Part shown: one piece after another, positions 8,458 through 18,505 of the stretch
Numbering within the stretch: position 1 is the stretch's first letter
Layout: every line of letters begins with the position of its first letter
NCBI GenBank assembly: GCA_937867025.1
Contig: CALMKH010000049.1
Coordinates: forward strand, 192-64,191
Length of the DNA: 64,000 bases
Direction: 5' to 3'
DNA from: an uncultured Bacteroidota bacterium
GTDB lineage: Bacteria > Bacteroidota > Bacteroidia > NS11-12g > UBA955
Notes under the pieces: generated by a model
The model's input: the letters and a program-made list of their open reading frames with translations, nothing else
The model's database searches: none
What the model was told of the DNA's origin: nothing
Translations under genes and position numbers: made by a program

Positions 8458-9576
8458 TCAGGGTATGGACAGCAGCCATTCACCGAGCCGGGCCTCATCG
8501 ACATGACTGCTTTTCTTGTTGTTGGTGAGTACAATGAAACAGGCTTTTTTATCGAACCTGTTCCAGAAAAATGTCCAGAACCCGCGCCACCAGCCGTTGT
8601 GATATACCCACTTCCCGTTCGGGGTATTGCTAAGCCTGAAACCAAGGCCGTAACTTTTTCCATACACAGTGTACCTGTAAGAAGGCGCCTGCATCTGTTC
8701 CATGAGGCTGTCGTTTATCAACCTGCCGTCCGACAATGCCTTATGAAACATAAAAAGGTCGTCGACACAGCTGAAAAGACTTTTATCCCCAAGCACTCCA
8801 TCCAGATAGTATGTACCGGAATACACTTTTTTCTCATAACGCCCTTCCAGAACCCTGTTTTTTATCCTGGGGGGCATATACCCCTTGTAAAAGGAATTGC
8901 GCATCCCAGAGGGCTTAAAAATGCGTTCCTCAACGAAACGGTAGAATGGCATACCACTCACCTCCCGGATCAAAACGGCCAGGAAGGCAAAATTCGTATT
9001 GCAATAACTGAAGGACACTTCCGGTGCCAGATAAGGTTTCGGCCGGCATGTAACCATAAAATCATAAAAATCACCGGTGTTCATGCAACAGGAAGTATCC
9101 TTCCAGAATGTATCGGTATAATACATATAATTGGCAAGACCGCTCCTGTGATTCAAGAGTTGCCTGACGGTGACATCCCTGTAGGGGAAATCCCTGAGAT
9201 ACCTGCAGACCGTATCCTCCAGGCTGATTTTGCCGTCCTGCACAAGCAGCAGCGTGGCCACTGCGGTAACGGTCTTGGAGACGGAAGCCAGCTGGAATAT
9301 ATCATCCGTCTGCATGGCCGAGGTCCTTTTATAATCGCGGTATCCGTAAGCTTTTTTGTAAAGTTGCCCGTCCCTGTAAAACAAAACGGTTCCGTTAAAA
9401 TCATTCTTGAAATAGGCGTCAATGCTGTCCCTGAATTTTTTACTGAATGGCTTAAGCTTGTCCTTCAGCACATAAAAACTATCCGTAGCCTGAGGTTTTT
9501 GAGCCGTTTTACCAGGTTTATCCTGACATGAAGCAAATATAAGAATGAAGAAAATGATCAGTCCGTTACGCTGCAT
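8458..9576 (-). CDS. Serine hydrolase of the beta-lactamase/transpeptidase superfamily, lipoprotein
   Basis: Lipobox FASCQD and an SxxK motif (ASVSKT). Confidence 0.8.
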   Translation of the reverse strand: MQRNGLIIFFILIFASCQDKPGKTAQKPQATDSFYVLKDKLKPFSKKFRDSIDAYFKNDFNGTVLFYRDGQLYKKAYGYRDYKRTSAMQTDDIFQLASVSKTVTAVATLLLVQDGKISLEDTVCRYLRDFPYRDVTVRQLLNHRSGLANYMYYTDTFWKDTSCCMNTGDFYDFMVTCRPKPYLAPEVSFSYCNTNFAFLAVLIREVSGMPFYRFVEERIFKPSGMRNSFYKGYMPPRIKNRVLEGRYEKKVYSGTYYLDGVLGDKSLFSCVDDLFMFHKALSDGRLINDSLMEQMQAPSYRYTVYGKSYGLGFRLSNTPNGKWVYHNGWWRGFWTFFWNRFDKKACFIVLTNNKKSSHVDEARLGEWLLSIP

Positions 9577-9611
9577 AAAAAAGTCCCGGAAAATACGACT
9601 TTTCCGGGACC
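9577..9611 (-). terminator. Strong hairpin with a U-run directly 3' of the lipoprotein gene. It abuts the start codon of the downstream gene
   Basis: Stem GTCCCGGAAAA/TTTTCCGGGAC (11 bp) with loop TACGAC. On the minus RNA it is followed by U6. Confidence 0.5.
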
Positions 9612-9636
9612 CTTTGTATAGTTACCGTGAAAAAAA

Positions 9637-10521
9637 TTACCTTACGGTATAGAAGAATTCCTTGTTATTGATGGTGGCCTTTGCAGTAAGGTCGCACGCT
9701 TTATTGTTGAACGGATCGTAATCGATCTTAAGTGTTTTGCCTGTGGAGACATTGGTAAGGGTGATTTTTCCGACAACGAACGTTCTTGCACAACCCATTT
9801 CCACTTTCTTAAGCAAGGGAACATCAATGGTTACCGTGAAGTTTTCGCCGTTCCTGTTTGTGCCGCTTGCCTGCCCGGTGACTTCGAACTGATCGCCGAT
9901 AATGCCGGGACCGGCATCGACTGTTTTGGTGATGGTCCTGCTGCTTTGCCAGCTCACCGAGCCGTTATTGTTAAATGCCTTTGCATTGGTTACATCGATC
10001 TTGAGGCTTGTTTGCGTAAGTCTTGTAAGGGTGATGGTTCCGGTCAGGCGGGTCAGGTTGACGCCGTCATGGCCTGCAAAGAAGCTGTCGTTGTCATTGG
10101 CCGAGATAGTCACTACAGCGCCGTCTACAGAGTATCTTTTGGTAGATGAAATGTGGATCTTTCCAGATCTGTAGCGTCCGTCCTGGCAGAGTATGCCTTT
10201 TGGAACGCTGGTTTTCAGCGGACCGAAATCAATGGTGCATTCCACGCCGTCGCCGTCATTGTAGGTGCTGTCCTGGAACGTCACCACTGCACCGCTCGGC
10301 AATATGGTATTGCTTGCCCTTGTCCTTGAATCATTGCTGGAGAAATCGTCAGCTACATCGAACATGGAGGTGAATTCTGATTCAATGGTTGAATTATCTT
10401 CGGCTGAGGTAATGGTTTCAACCGTGTCATTCTTCCTTTCTTTCGCACATCCCGAGAAGATCAATACCAGCGTCGACGCCAGTATCATCCCGATGATCGA
10501 TTTTGATTTTTTACTGTTCAT
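9637..10521 (-). CDS. Hypothetical lipoprotein
   Basis: Signal peptide plus lipobox (LIFSGCAKE). Ser/Thr/Asn-rich. Confidence 0.65.
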   Translation of the reverse strand: MNSKKSKSIIGMILASTLVLIFSGCAKERKNDTVETITSAEDNSTIESEFTSMFDVADDFSSNDSRTRASNTILPSGAVVTFQDSTYNDGDGVECTIDFGPLKTSVPKGILCQDGRYRSGKIHISSTKRYSVDGAVVTISANDNDSFFAGHDGVNLTRLTGTITLTRLTQTSLKIDVTNAKAFNNNGSVSWQSSRTITKTVDAGPGIIGDQFEVTGQASGTNRNGENFTVTIDVPLLKKVEMGCARTFVVGKITLTNVSTGKTLKIDYDPFNNKACDLTAKATINNKEFFYTVR

Positions 10522-10559
10522 ATTATTATGTATTGTGGTTAAATTATGCGGGTTAAACT

Positions 10560-11771
10560 CTACAAAGTGCCTGTAGTTGCTTCACATTTTATAATATTTT
10601 CAACAATTGTGCCACAAATGGTTTTTATATGGTCATTTTCAACAATTAAAGGCGGCGCAAGCCTTATTTTATGCTCAGCATATAAGAACCAGTCGATTAA
10701 AAGTCCATCTTTAACGCATCCGTCTATCACTTTTCTGCAAAAATCCGTATCTTCCAGATCCACGGCCAGCAGCAAACCTTTACCGCTCACATTTTTAATA
10801 CGCGGGTGTACAAGCAGTTTGCGGAACAGGGCTTCTTTTTCAGGAATGCTTTCCATCAGGCCCTTGTCCAGTATAAACTCAAGGGCGGCCAGTGAGGCTG
10901 CACAGCTCAGCGGGTGCCCGCCGAATGTCGTAATATGCCCAAGGACAGGATCATGGGTTAAACTCTTAAGCACATCATTTGAGGCGACAAAGGCTCCCAG
11001 GGGCAATCCTCCGCCGAAACCCTTGGCAAGAACAAGAATATCCGGAATGATCCCGTCATGTTCAAAAGCGAAAAGCTTACCTGTCCTTCCGTATCCGGAC
11101 TGGATTTCGTCAAAAACGAGGAGCGCCCCGGTTTCGTCACATCGTTTTCTGATGGCCTGAAGATATTCCTTGCTGCTATTGACATACCCCTTTTCGCCCA
11201 TCAGGGGCTCGATAAAAACCGCCGCCGTTTCATCTGTTATAACCGACCCGATATGTGTTATATCTTCCTGCCTGATAAATGAAACTCCCGGCAACAAGGG
11301 CACATACCTCTGGCTGAAATATGCTTCGCTCATCAGGCTCAGGGCTCCATGGGTGCTTCCGTGGTAAGCCTGCTCCTGGGCTACAAAACGGTGTCTTCCT
11401 GTCACCCGTTTGGCAAGTTTCATGGCTCCTTCTACAGCTTCGCTGCCACTATTGACAAAATACACCGAGTGAAGTGAAGGCGGAAGCAGGGACGTTAATT
11501 TTTCCGCCAGCATCACCTGGCTCGACTGGATGATCTCACCATACACCATCAGGTGAAGATGCTTATCGACATGTTGTTTTACGGCCTGGTTCACATAGGG
11601 GTTCGCATGGCCGACATTGCTGACCGCAATTCCCGAAATGCAATCAATATATTGTTTGCCTTCCGCATACAGGTACATCCCTTCAGCATGTGTGATTTCA
11701 AGGGCCAGCGGACTATCGGATGTCTGGGCCACATGATGAAGGAAGAGGTTTCTCAGCGAGCGGTCGGGCAT
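10560..11771 (-). CDS. Class III (aspartate aminotransferase family) PLP-dependent aminotransferase
   Basis: FDEIQSGYGRTGKLFA and ILVLAKGFGGGLPLGA motifs. Confidence 0.85.
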   Translation of the reverse strand: MPDRSLRNLFLHHVAQTSDSPLALEITHAEGMYLYAEGKQYIDCISGIAVSNVGHANPYVNQAVKQHVDKHLHLMVYGEIIQSSQVMLAEKLTSLLPPSLHSVYFVNSGSEAVEGAMKLAKRVTGRHRFVAQEQAYHGSTHGALSLMSEAYFSQRYVPLLPGVSFIRQEDITHIGSVITDETAAVFIEPLMGEKGYVNSSKEYLQAIRKRCDETGALLVFDEIQSGYGRTGKLFAFEHDGIIPDILVLAKGFGGGLPLGAFVASNDVLKSLTHDPVLGHITTFGGHPLSCAASLAALEFILDKGLMESIPEKEALFRKLLVHPRIKNVSGKGLLLAVDLEDTDFCRKVIDGCVKDGLLIDWFLYAEHKIRLAPPLIVENDHIKTICGTIVENIIKCEATTGTL

Positions 11772-11781
11772 AATGCAAATA

Positions 11782-11816
11782 TAAAAAAAATCCCCAAGCC
11801 TTAGCCTGAGGATTTA
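11782..11816 (-). terminator. Intrinsic terminator downstream of hup
   Basis: Hairpin AATCCCCAAGCC..GGCTGAGGATT. On the minus RNA it is followed by U8. Confidence 0.5.
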
Positions 11817-11838
11817 AGTTAATAGTTGTTGGGGTAAA

Positions 11839-12111
11839 TTATTTTACTTTACCTGAAAGGTCTGCACCAGCTTTGAATTTAACAACTTTTTTAGCTGCTA
11901 TCTTGATTTCTTTGCCGGTACGTGGGTTACGACCTGTTCTGGCAGCCCTTTTAGTAACTGAGAAAGTACCGAAACCTACAAGGATCAATTTGTCGCCTTT
12001 TTTCAAAGCGCTTGTAGTAGCACCGATAAATGAGTTCAAAGCAGCCTGAGCTTGAGCTTTAGTAACTTTGGCATCACCTGCCATTTTGCTGATTAAATCT
12101 GATTTGTTCAT
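11839..12111 (-). CDS. hup: HU family DNA-binding protein
   Basis: 90 aa. The whole sequence matches HU (MNKSDLISKMA...GFGTFSV..R.ARTGRNPRTGKEIKI). Confidence 0.9.
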   Translation of the reverse strand: MNKSDLISKMAGDAKVTKAQAQAALNSFIGATTSALKKGDKLILVGFGTFSVTKRAARTGRNPRTGKEIKIAAKKVVKFKAGADLSGKVK

Positions 12112-12238
12112 AATTTAAATAATTAATAAATGTTTAAAGTTTTTAAATGATTCGTGAGGTCAAAAGTATTGTAAAGTTTAGTAAAATCAAGGGGTTCCCT
12201 ATTTTTTTTGATAAAAAATATTAACATACAATTCACAT

Positions 12239-12769
12239 TTATTTATTCCTGCTTTTAGAAAATCTCATAATTTTCTGAATTACAGGGCTTAATAAAATAT
12301 TTGAAGAATGAATGTTATCGATAAGAATATCGGCTTTTGCATAATTTTTTTTTCTTTTTTCATAGATTTCATTGAGTTTTCCGCGTATTTCATGCTCTGA
12401 AAGCCCCATAAACAGTGGCCTCCTCGTCTTGTTCTGCGCAATTCTCTTCGCAATTATGCCGAGATCCGTGTTCAGCCAAATCACAATTCCTGTCTTTTTC
12501 ATCACATCAAGATTATCAAAAAACACAGGGGTTCCGCCGCCGCAAGATATAATGCAGTTATTCCTCCTGGATGCGGATAACAACATGTCCTTTTCGGTTT
12601 TCCTGAAATGATCTTCTCCTTTATTCTTTATAATGTTCCTGATCATATCCCCTTCACTGGATTCGATCATTTCGTCGAGATCGAAGAACTGCAGGCCGAT
12701 CGACTGGGCCAGAATTCTGCCGAAATGCGTCTTGCCCGTACCGGGCATCCCGATGATATAGATCTTCAT
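12239..12769 (-). CDS. aroK: Shikimate kinase
   Basis: P-loop GMPGTGKTH and the size (176 aa) of shikimate kinase I. Confidence 0.8.
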   Translation of the reverse strand: MKIYIIGMPGTGKTHFGRILAQSIGLQFFDLDEMIESSEGDMIRNIIKNKGEDHFRKTEKDMLLSASRRNNCIISCGGGTPVFFDNLDVMKKTGIVIWLNTDLGIIAKRIAQNKTRRPLFMGLSEHEIRGKLNEIYEKRKKNYAKADILIDNIHSSNILLSPVIQKIMRFSKSRNK

Positions 12770-13812
12770 TAAGCGCTTAATTTAACTCTCGGATCCAGAA
12801 GAACGTATATAACATCCACGAGCACATTGATCAATATAAAGATGAATGACACGAGCATCACCGCACCCATCACCACCGGCAGGTCGCTTTGCTGCAAAGC
12901 ATCAATGGTTACTTTTCCGAGACCTTTCCAATTGAACACATACTCCACGAAAAATGCTCCAGCCAGCAGGCTTGCAAACCAACCGCTGGCTGCAGTCACA
13001 ACCGGGTTCAAGGCATTTCTCAAAGCATGGTTCCATATCACCCTGAAATTACTGAGTCCCTTTGCTCTTGCTGTTCTTATGTAATCCTGCTGCAACACAT
13101 CAATAAGGTTGCTGCGCGTCAGTTGCATGATGATAGAATACGGGCGGATGCCCAGGGCTATGCCGGGCAATATCAGATGCCGCAACGCCAGTTCGTTCTC
13201 ACCCGTCCCTGGATTGATGGCAAACAAGCTGCCTGACATGGACAAGCCAGTGTATTCACTCCACACAAAACCAAACAGCCAGGCAATGATCACGGCTACA
13301 AAAAATGACGGAAGTGAGATGCCGAAGGTGGCCAGGGCCAAGCATGATTTATCGAGCACACTGCCCGGCTTCAGCGCCGAGAGCACGCCTGAGACCACGC
13401 CAAGCACAAGCGCGATGCCCATAGCAAATACAGATAAAACGAACGAACCGATAAAAGCTTCCTTCAGTATATCGTAGACATATTTTTTCGACTGATAACT
13501 CTTGCGCAGGTAGGGTGCTTTCATCATCAGCTTGTACGCCCCAATATTCAGCGTAACACCCCTGTAGGCCGGGTTGACCTGCCTGGTAACAATAATCGGG
13601 GAAAGGTCTTTAAGATATAATGCGAACTGTTGTCCTTTAGGCAGATCCAGCCCCATTTCGGCGCGCATGGCAGCCCTGGTCTTTTCGTCCGCCCTTTGTC
13701 CGACAGCTATTTCTTCGGCTGAAGGAAACAAGATGAATAAGGAAAAGATCAGTATGATTACGCCTGCCAATACCAGGCACCCCGATCCTATCTTATTCAA
13801 CAGGTACCTCAT
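12769..13812 (-). CDS. ABC transporter permease (Dpp/Opp BPD-transporter family)
   Basis: Multi-TM with an EAA-like loop (YIRTARAKGLSNFRVIWNHALRNAL). The start is chosen at MRYLLNKIG. This gives an ATGA overlap with the upstream gene. Confidence 0.8.
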   Translation of the reverse strand: MRYLLNKIGSGCLVLAGVIILIFSLFILFPSAEEIAVGQRADEKTRAAMRAEMGLDLPKGQQFALYLKDLSPIIVTRQVNPAYRGVTLNIGAYKLMMKAPYLRKSYQSKKYVYDILKEAFIGSFVLSVFAMGIALVLGVVSGVLSALKPGSVLDKSCLALATFGISLPSFFVAVIIAWLFGFVWSEYTGLSMSGSLFAINPGTGENELALRHLILPGIALGIRPYSIIMQLTRSNLIDVLQQDYIRTARAKGLSNFRVIWNHALRNALNPVVTAASGWFASLLAGAFFVEYVFNWKGLGKVTIDALQQSDLPVVMGAVMLVSFIFILINVLVDVIYVLLDPRVKLSA

Positions 13813-15545
13813 TTGCCTTCCCGTTTTTTCTCCATCAGTTTTTTTATCTTTTGCATGGAAGGTATGCTTCTGCAGCTCCATTTGTCGATAATGGCACCAT
13901 CATGCCACAACATAATGCCCGGATTTGACCTGATAATGGTCTTCAGGAATGTCTCGTCTGCATTGTGGAATCTGAACGGCAACTGGTTCTCAGCGGCAAA
14001 CACATCAGCTTCTTTGAGCGGTGACGCAGTGACGCCATACACAGGGACGCCGGCTTTTTTTGCCTCATCACCTAATGACTTTATGTATTGCCATGCGCTC
14101 TTATGACCTTCCTCATAGTGGGTGCTTACCACGAGAATATAATATCCCTTGCCTTGCAGCAGCGAATCGGTGACGTTCACGTCATTCTCATTTCTAGGTT
14201 CGACCTGGAATCCGTGTACCTCAGATTTCCAAGCAGGTTCAATAAGTGTAGTAACGGTGGTAACATATTTCCAGTTGGTATCCTTCGGATAATTCTCAAT
14301 GGTGAATGAATCGCGTTTGCCATCCTTTTCATATACCAGCACGGACCGGTTGAGATCCACCAGCCTGGCGCCTTTGGGCGGGGTCATCAGTTCGCGGATA
14401 TTGTTGCCGGCTTTGTAAGGGAGGAAATCCCAGGCAGGCAGGAATGTATTGCAATATACCGCAAATACGGTCGCACCGATTGTCACCACCAATACCGCAT
14501 TAAGACCGAACAAAGGCGAGAACAGCGGCACTATCTTTTTTCTCCTTATAAAAATAAAGAGAATAAGGATAAGCAGTATCAAATCTTTATAGAAGGAAGT
14601 CCATGGCTTCAGTTTGATGAAGTCGCCGAAACAGCCGCAATCGCTTACGCGCATCTTTCCTTCCGTAAATTCACAGGCGAAACAGTAATCCGTAAACCTG
14701 CAGAGCAGGAAAAACACGACAATCAACCCCAATGTAAAGTAACCAAGATACCGGCCCTTTTTATGTTCGATGTACACAGCCGATACGATAATCAGGAGCA
14801 GTATCAGCAGCGCGAGGGTCATAAATACGGGCTTCGGGCAATACCCTGTATAATAGGTGTAACCCGTAAGAAAAGTGAAAAAGATAATCAGCAGGAGAAT
14901 AATCCAGCTGACAATGCGTATCTGCCAGCCTATGAGTATGGCAAACCCTAATGCCACTTCGAGCACGCAGATGATAATGGAAAAGTAAATTGAAAATTCT
15001 TTCAGACCCTTGAAAAAGTCAACCAGGAAACTTTGTTTTACGACAAACTCACCAAGTTCCAGGTCTTTGCTCAATTCATGTTTGGACTCCATTGAAAGTG
15101 CGAGCTGCTTATCAAACAATACTTTTCCCTTTCCGGATCTCACGCTGGCAGTCACCTTAGGCAGATCGGACGGGTCGTCAAGCACATAAAACTCATCGTA
15201 CAACCTGGCATTGTCATACACGACATACAGGTAAGAACCCGTAAACGTATCAATGCCTCCCTCTTCATTTTCAAACCCTTCCTTCATCACTGCGGACTGG
15301 TTGACCTGAAGCGTTTTGCCGGGATTATTTTCGTTCACCTGGAAAGCAAAGGCGGTATCCGTTCCGTAATTGTCGCTTACTTTAATGAAGATGGAATCCA
15401 TCGGCCTGGTAAAGTCTTTTGCAAAAACTTCAAAATATTCTTCAAGCTTATATGCGGTTCCTTTCGGATCATTTAGCTTGATGGTGCCCGAGAAGATGAA
15501 CAGCAAGCCAACGAGTATCCTTGCAATGGAAGTTAATAATTTCAT
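13809..15545 (-). CDS. BT_3928-like protein: an N-terminal DoxX-like membrane region plus a C-terminal thioredoxin-like domain
   Basis: N-terminus MKLLTSIARILVGLLFIFSG, several TM segments, and a C-terminal thioredoxin-fold-like segment. Confidence 0.7.
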   Translation of the reverse strand: MKLLTSIARILVGLLFIFSGTIKLNDPKGTAYKLEEYFEVFAKDFTRPMDSIFIKVSDNYGTDTAFAFQVNENNPGKTLQVNQSAVMKEGFENEEGGIDTFTGSYLYVVYDNARLYDEFYVLDDPSDLPKVTASVRSGKGKVLFDKQLALSMESKHELSKDLELGEFVVKQSFLVDFFKGLKEFSIYFSIIICVLEVALGFAILIGWQIRIVSWIILLLIIFFTFLTGYTYYTGYCPKPVFMTLALLILLLIIVSAVYIEHKKGRYLGYFTLGLIVVFFLLCRFTDYCFACEFTEGKMRVSDCGCFGDFIKLKPWTSFYKDLILLILILFIFIRRKKIVPLFSPLFGLNAVLVVTIGATVFAVYCNTFLPAWDFLPYKAGNNIRELMTPPKGARLVDLNRSVLVYEKDGKRDSFTIENYPKDTNWKYVTTVTTLIEPAWKSEVHGFQVEPRNENDVNVTDSLLQGKGYYILVVSTHYEEGHKSAWQYIKSLGDEAKKAGVPVYGVTASPLKEADVFAAENQLPFRFHNADETFLKTIIRSNPGIMLWHDGAIIDKWSCRSIPSMQKIKKLMEKKREGK

Positions 15546-15551
15546 ATGTTG

Positions 15552-16088
15552 TTAAGCGTGATTGAGCGTAATTAATGCAAATATAGAGTAATTCATCATA
15601 TCCTGATAATTGGCGTCAATACCTTCGCTGACCACTGTATGACCTGCATTGTCCTCTATCTGTTTTGTGCGGTTAATTTTCATAAGGATAAGATCGGTGA
15701 AACTGCTGATGCGCATTTCGCGCCATGCTTCGCCATAATCATGATTTTTTTTCAGCATAAGTTCCCTTGCATTCTCAAGTTCCTTATCATAAAGCGCCAT
15801 GATTTCAGTTGTGGTGAACTCCCTCCCCGAACCCCAGTATTTCAGCTGTATCAGGCCTATGATGCAGTAATTATAAATGCCTATGAATTCATCCTCAATG
15901 CTCTCGCCTACCTTTGTTTCACCTTTTTCTTCAATGCTTCTTATACGAAGGGCTTTGATCATGATCTGGTCAGTAATGCTGCGGGGCCTTAGAATGCGCC
16001 AGGATGTCCCATAATCCGTGTTTTTGTTTTCAAATAACTGCCTGCACCTGCTTACTTCCTGATTATATTGTTGTAGCGTATGATCCAC
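15552..16088 (-). CDS. DUF1599 domain-containing protein
   Basis: 178 aa. It has two halves each with an N-x-DYG-x-WR motif. Its position next to folP is typical in Bacteroidota. Confidence 0.75.
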   Translation of the reverse strand: MDHTLQQYNQEVSRCRQLFENKNTDYGTSWRILRPRSITDQIMIKALRIRSIEEKGETKVGESIEDEFIGIYNYCIIGLIQLKYWGSGREFTTTEIMALYDKELENARELMLKKNHDYGEAWREMRISSFTDLILMKINRTKQIEDNAGHTVVSEGIDANYQDMMNYSIFALITLNHA

Positions 16089-16110
16089 TATATCCTAATA
16101 TTGGTTTAAT

Positions 16111-16980
16111 TTGCAAATATATTTAATGTTGTCACATTTCAAATCTTATTCAATAAAAGTTAACGACAAGTTGTTCCTGCTGGACAGACCCAGGGTTATG
16201 GGCATCCTCAACACCACGAATGATTCCTTTTATGACGGGAGCAAATACCATACCATAGATTCAGCGCTTTACCGCGTTGAAACCATGATAAACGAAGGCG
16301 CGGACATTATTGATATCGGTGGTCAGAGCAGCAGGCCCGGGGCAGATATGATCGGCCCTGACGAGGAATTGAAAAGGACTGTTCCCGTAGTCGAGGCCGT
16401 GAAAAAAAGATTCCCTGACACCCCTGTCAGCATTGATACGTTCAGAGCCGTGGTAGCGCGAGCGAATATTGAAGCGGGAGCAGGCATCATCAATGATATC
16501 AGTGCGGGAGAAGATGACGCGGAGATGTTGCATACCGTTGCGAAGCTCTGCGTACCATACATCGCCATGCATAAACAGGGGCAGCCTAAAACCATGCAGA
16601 TCAACCCGCAGTATGAAGATGTCACACATACTATCCTTGACTATTTCAGGGATAAAATAAAACTATTTCAATCTCACGGGCTGACGGACCTTATTATCGA
16701 TCCGGGATTTGGATTCGGTAAAACCCTTACACATAATTACACCCTTATGGGTGAACTGGAACTGTTTCATGAACTGGATTACCCTCTGCTAATAGGAGTT
16801 TCCAGAAAAAGCATGGTGTGCAAATTGCTGAAAGTGGACCCGAAAGACGCCCTTAACGGATCAACCGTGCTTCATACGGTCGCTTTATTGAAAGGAGCGC
16901 ATATTTTAAGGGTGCATGACGTAAAAGAAGCCGTGCAGGCTATCAGGATAGTAGAGCAATTTCGTATGCCCGGGCACTAA
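16111..16980 (+). CDS. folP: Dihydropteroate synthase
   Basis: Motifs MGILNTTNDSFYDGS and DIGGQSSRPGA. Confidence 0.9.
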   Translation: MQIYLMLSHFKSYSIKVNDKLFLLDRPRVMGILNTTNDSFYDGSKYHTIDSALYRVETMINEGADIIDIGGQSSRPGADMIGPDEELKRTVPVVEAVKKRFPDTPVSIDTFRAVVARANIEAGAGIINDISAGEDDAEMLHTVAKLCVPYIAMHKQGQPKTMQINPQYEDVTHTILDYFRDKIKLFQSHGLTDLIIDPGFGFGKTLTHNYTLMGELELFHELDYPLLIGVSRKSMVCKLLKVDPKDALNGSTVLHTVALLKGAHILRVHDVKEAVQAIRIVEQFRMPGH

Positions 16981-18308
16981 ATAGCTGAAATTTTTTCAAT
17001 GAACCTGATGCCGAATGTTTCCAGCTCCTGCATGACGGGTTCATAGATATCCTTTGTCACCGGGGCTACCACCCCCCTGACCTTTACCTTATCCTCGAGT
17101 ATCAGCCTGCAGCCTATCGCAAGAGGTAACCCTACGGTCATGGCCATGGCAGTATGCGTGTTGCTTTCGCCCTTCCTAACCATGGTTGCCATATATTTGA
17201 ACGTACTGCCGCCACGAACATATTTTATCCTGTGCAGCATCACCACGAGATCATGATCTGTGGCCTCCAGCTGCCATTTCTTTTTAAGCAGTTCCTCGAG
17301 TATCTGGGCTGACGTGCCCCTGAACAAAGGCAGCGGTTCATTGCTGAATAAGCCGAGCCATTCAAGCCTGGCAACATCCTTCTCTCCACACTGCGTATAG
17401 CGGCTGATATTTTCCCTGAGCGGGAGGGAGCTCTTCGGGAGAAAGGAGTTAACCCAATCCTTGAGGGAAGTTCCCTCTTCGAATTCGAGTATGGTGGTAT
17501 TGTCGGTGAGGCCAGCGCTTACCAATGCCTGCCAGGCTGAACAATAACCGGGTTTGCGCAAAGTTCCCCTGATCATCTTTGTTACATGGTCCAGGCCATA
17601 GGCGCTCATATATTTCAGGGAATCCCTGTTGGGGTATCCTTCAAGCGTCCCGTAACCTTCAATTTCAAATTTTTCGGCATACCTGAACAAATGATGATAC
17701 GGCACCAGCTTGAGCTTCCCTTCATCGAGATACTGCGCCGGAGGTCCCTGTCCTGCCAACACCACATTCCTCGGGTTCCAGCTGAATTTATATTTCCAAG
17801 GGTTATCGCCGTCGTCTTCATCTGCCACAAGCCCCCCGCAATAGCTTTCGAAACTTATGATTTCACCGCTTTCAGAACGTATCTGATCCATCATTTTCAT
17901 GGCGCTTAGATGATCAATACCCGGATCAAGGCCCATTTCGTTCAGAAAAACAAGGTTGCTGCCCTTTACTTCCGCATCCAGTTCTTTCATCTCTTCCGAA
18001 ATATAGGATGCTGTCGCCAGATTCTTTTTGTAAGACAGGCAAAGCCTGGCGATATGTATATGAAGATCTGCCGGCAGGAGCGAAACGACCAGTGTACTGT
18101 CCTGGATCAAGAAAGATACTTTTGCCGTATCAAAGATATCCAGCGGAACAAATTCGACATGGCTAGTATCCTTCACATTAGACATGGCATACTCTGTTTC
18201 ACGGTCGCAAACGGTCAGTTGCAGGTCATTGGCAACGCAATAGGACGCGAGATATTCAATCAGGTAAAGGCTGGAACGTCCGGCTCCGAAAATAAGGACA
18301 TGTTTCAC
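16977..18308 (-). CDS. Saccharopine dehydrogenase family oxidoreductase
   Basis: NAD(P) GxGxxS motif (IFGAGRSS) and the ~440-aa saccharopine dehydrogenase architecture. Confidence 0.75.
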   Translation of the reverse strand: MKHVLIFGAGRSSLYLIEYLASYCVANDLQLTVCDRETEYAMSNVKDTSHVEFVPLDIFDTAKVSFLIQDSTLVVSLLPADLHIHIARLCLSYKKNLATASYISEEMKELDAEVKGSNLVFLNEMGLDPGIDHLSAMKMMDQIRSESGEIISFESYCGGLVADEDDGDNPWKYKFSWNPRNVVLAGQGPPAQYLDEGKLKLVPYHHLFRYAEKFEIEGYGTLEGYPNRDSLKYMSAYGLDHVTKMIRGTLRKPGYCSAWQALVSAGLTDNTTILEFEEGTSLKDWVNSFLPKSSLPLRENISRYTQCGEKDVARLEWLGLFSNEPLPLFRGTSAQILEELLKKKWQLEATDHDLVVMLHRIKYVRGGSTFKYMATMVRKGESNTHTAMAMTVGLPLAIGCRLILEDKVKVRGVVAPVTKDIYEPVMQELETFGIRFIEKISAI

Positions 18309-18490
18309 GGAGGCGAAGATAGTGGACTATGAACAATTGGCAATGGACAGGAAGCAATAAATTATAGCTGGGTGATCAAAAAACAAGCTATTGATAATCA
18401 TTATCCCCGAGCGGCGATGCCCTCGCAAACGGCATGTTAAAAATCATAAAAATTAAAACGGAAGTCATTCTCATTTTATCTTTTTTATTT

Positions 18491-18498
18491 TAAGTTTG
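18491..18498 (+). promoter_or_regulatory. Candidate Bacteroidota -7 element (TAAGTTTG, fitting TAnnTTTG) upstream of kmo
   Basis: The motif lies 8 nt upstream of the ATG. This is inference only. Confidence 0.25.
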
Positions 18499-18505
18499 CA
18501 TCCTC

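Noticed and set aside
8503-9531. 342-aa plus-strand ORF
   Set aside because: It lies antisense within the serine-hydrolase gene, which has a lipobox and an SxxK motif. It is Pro/Val-rich shadow-frame sequence.
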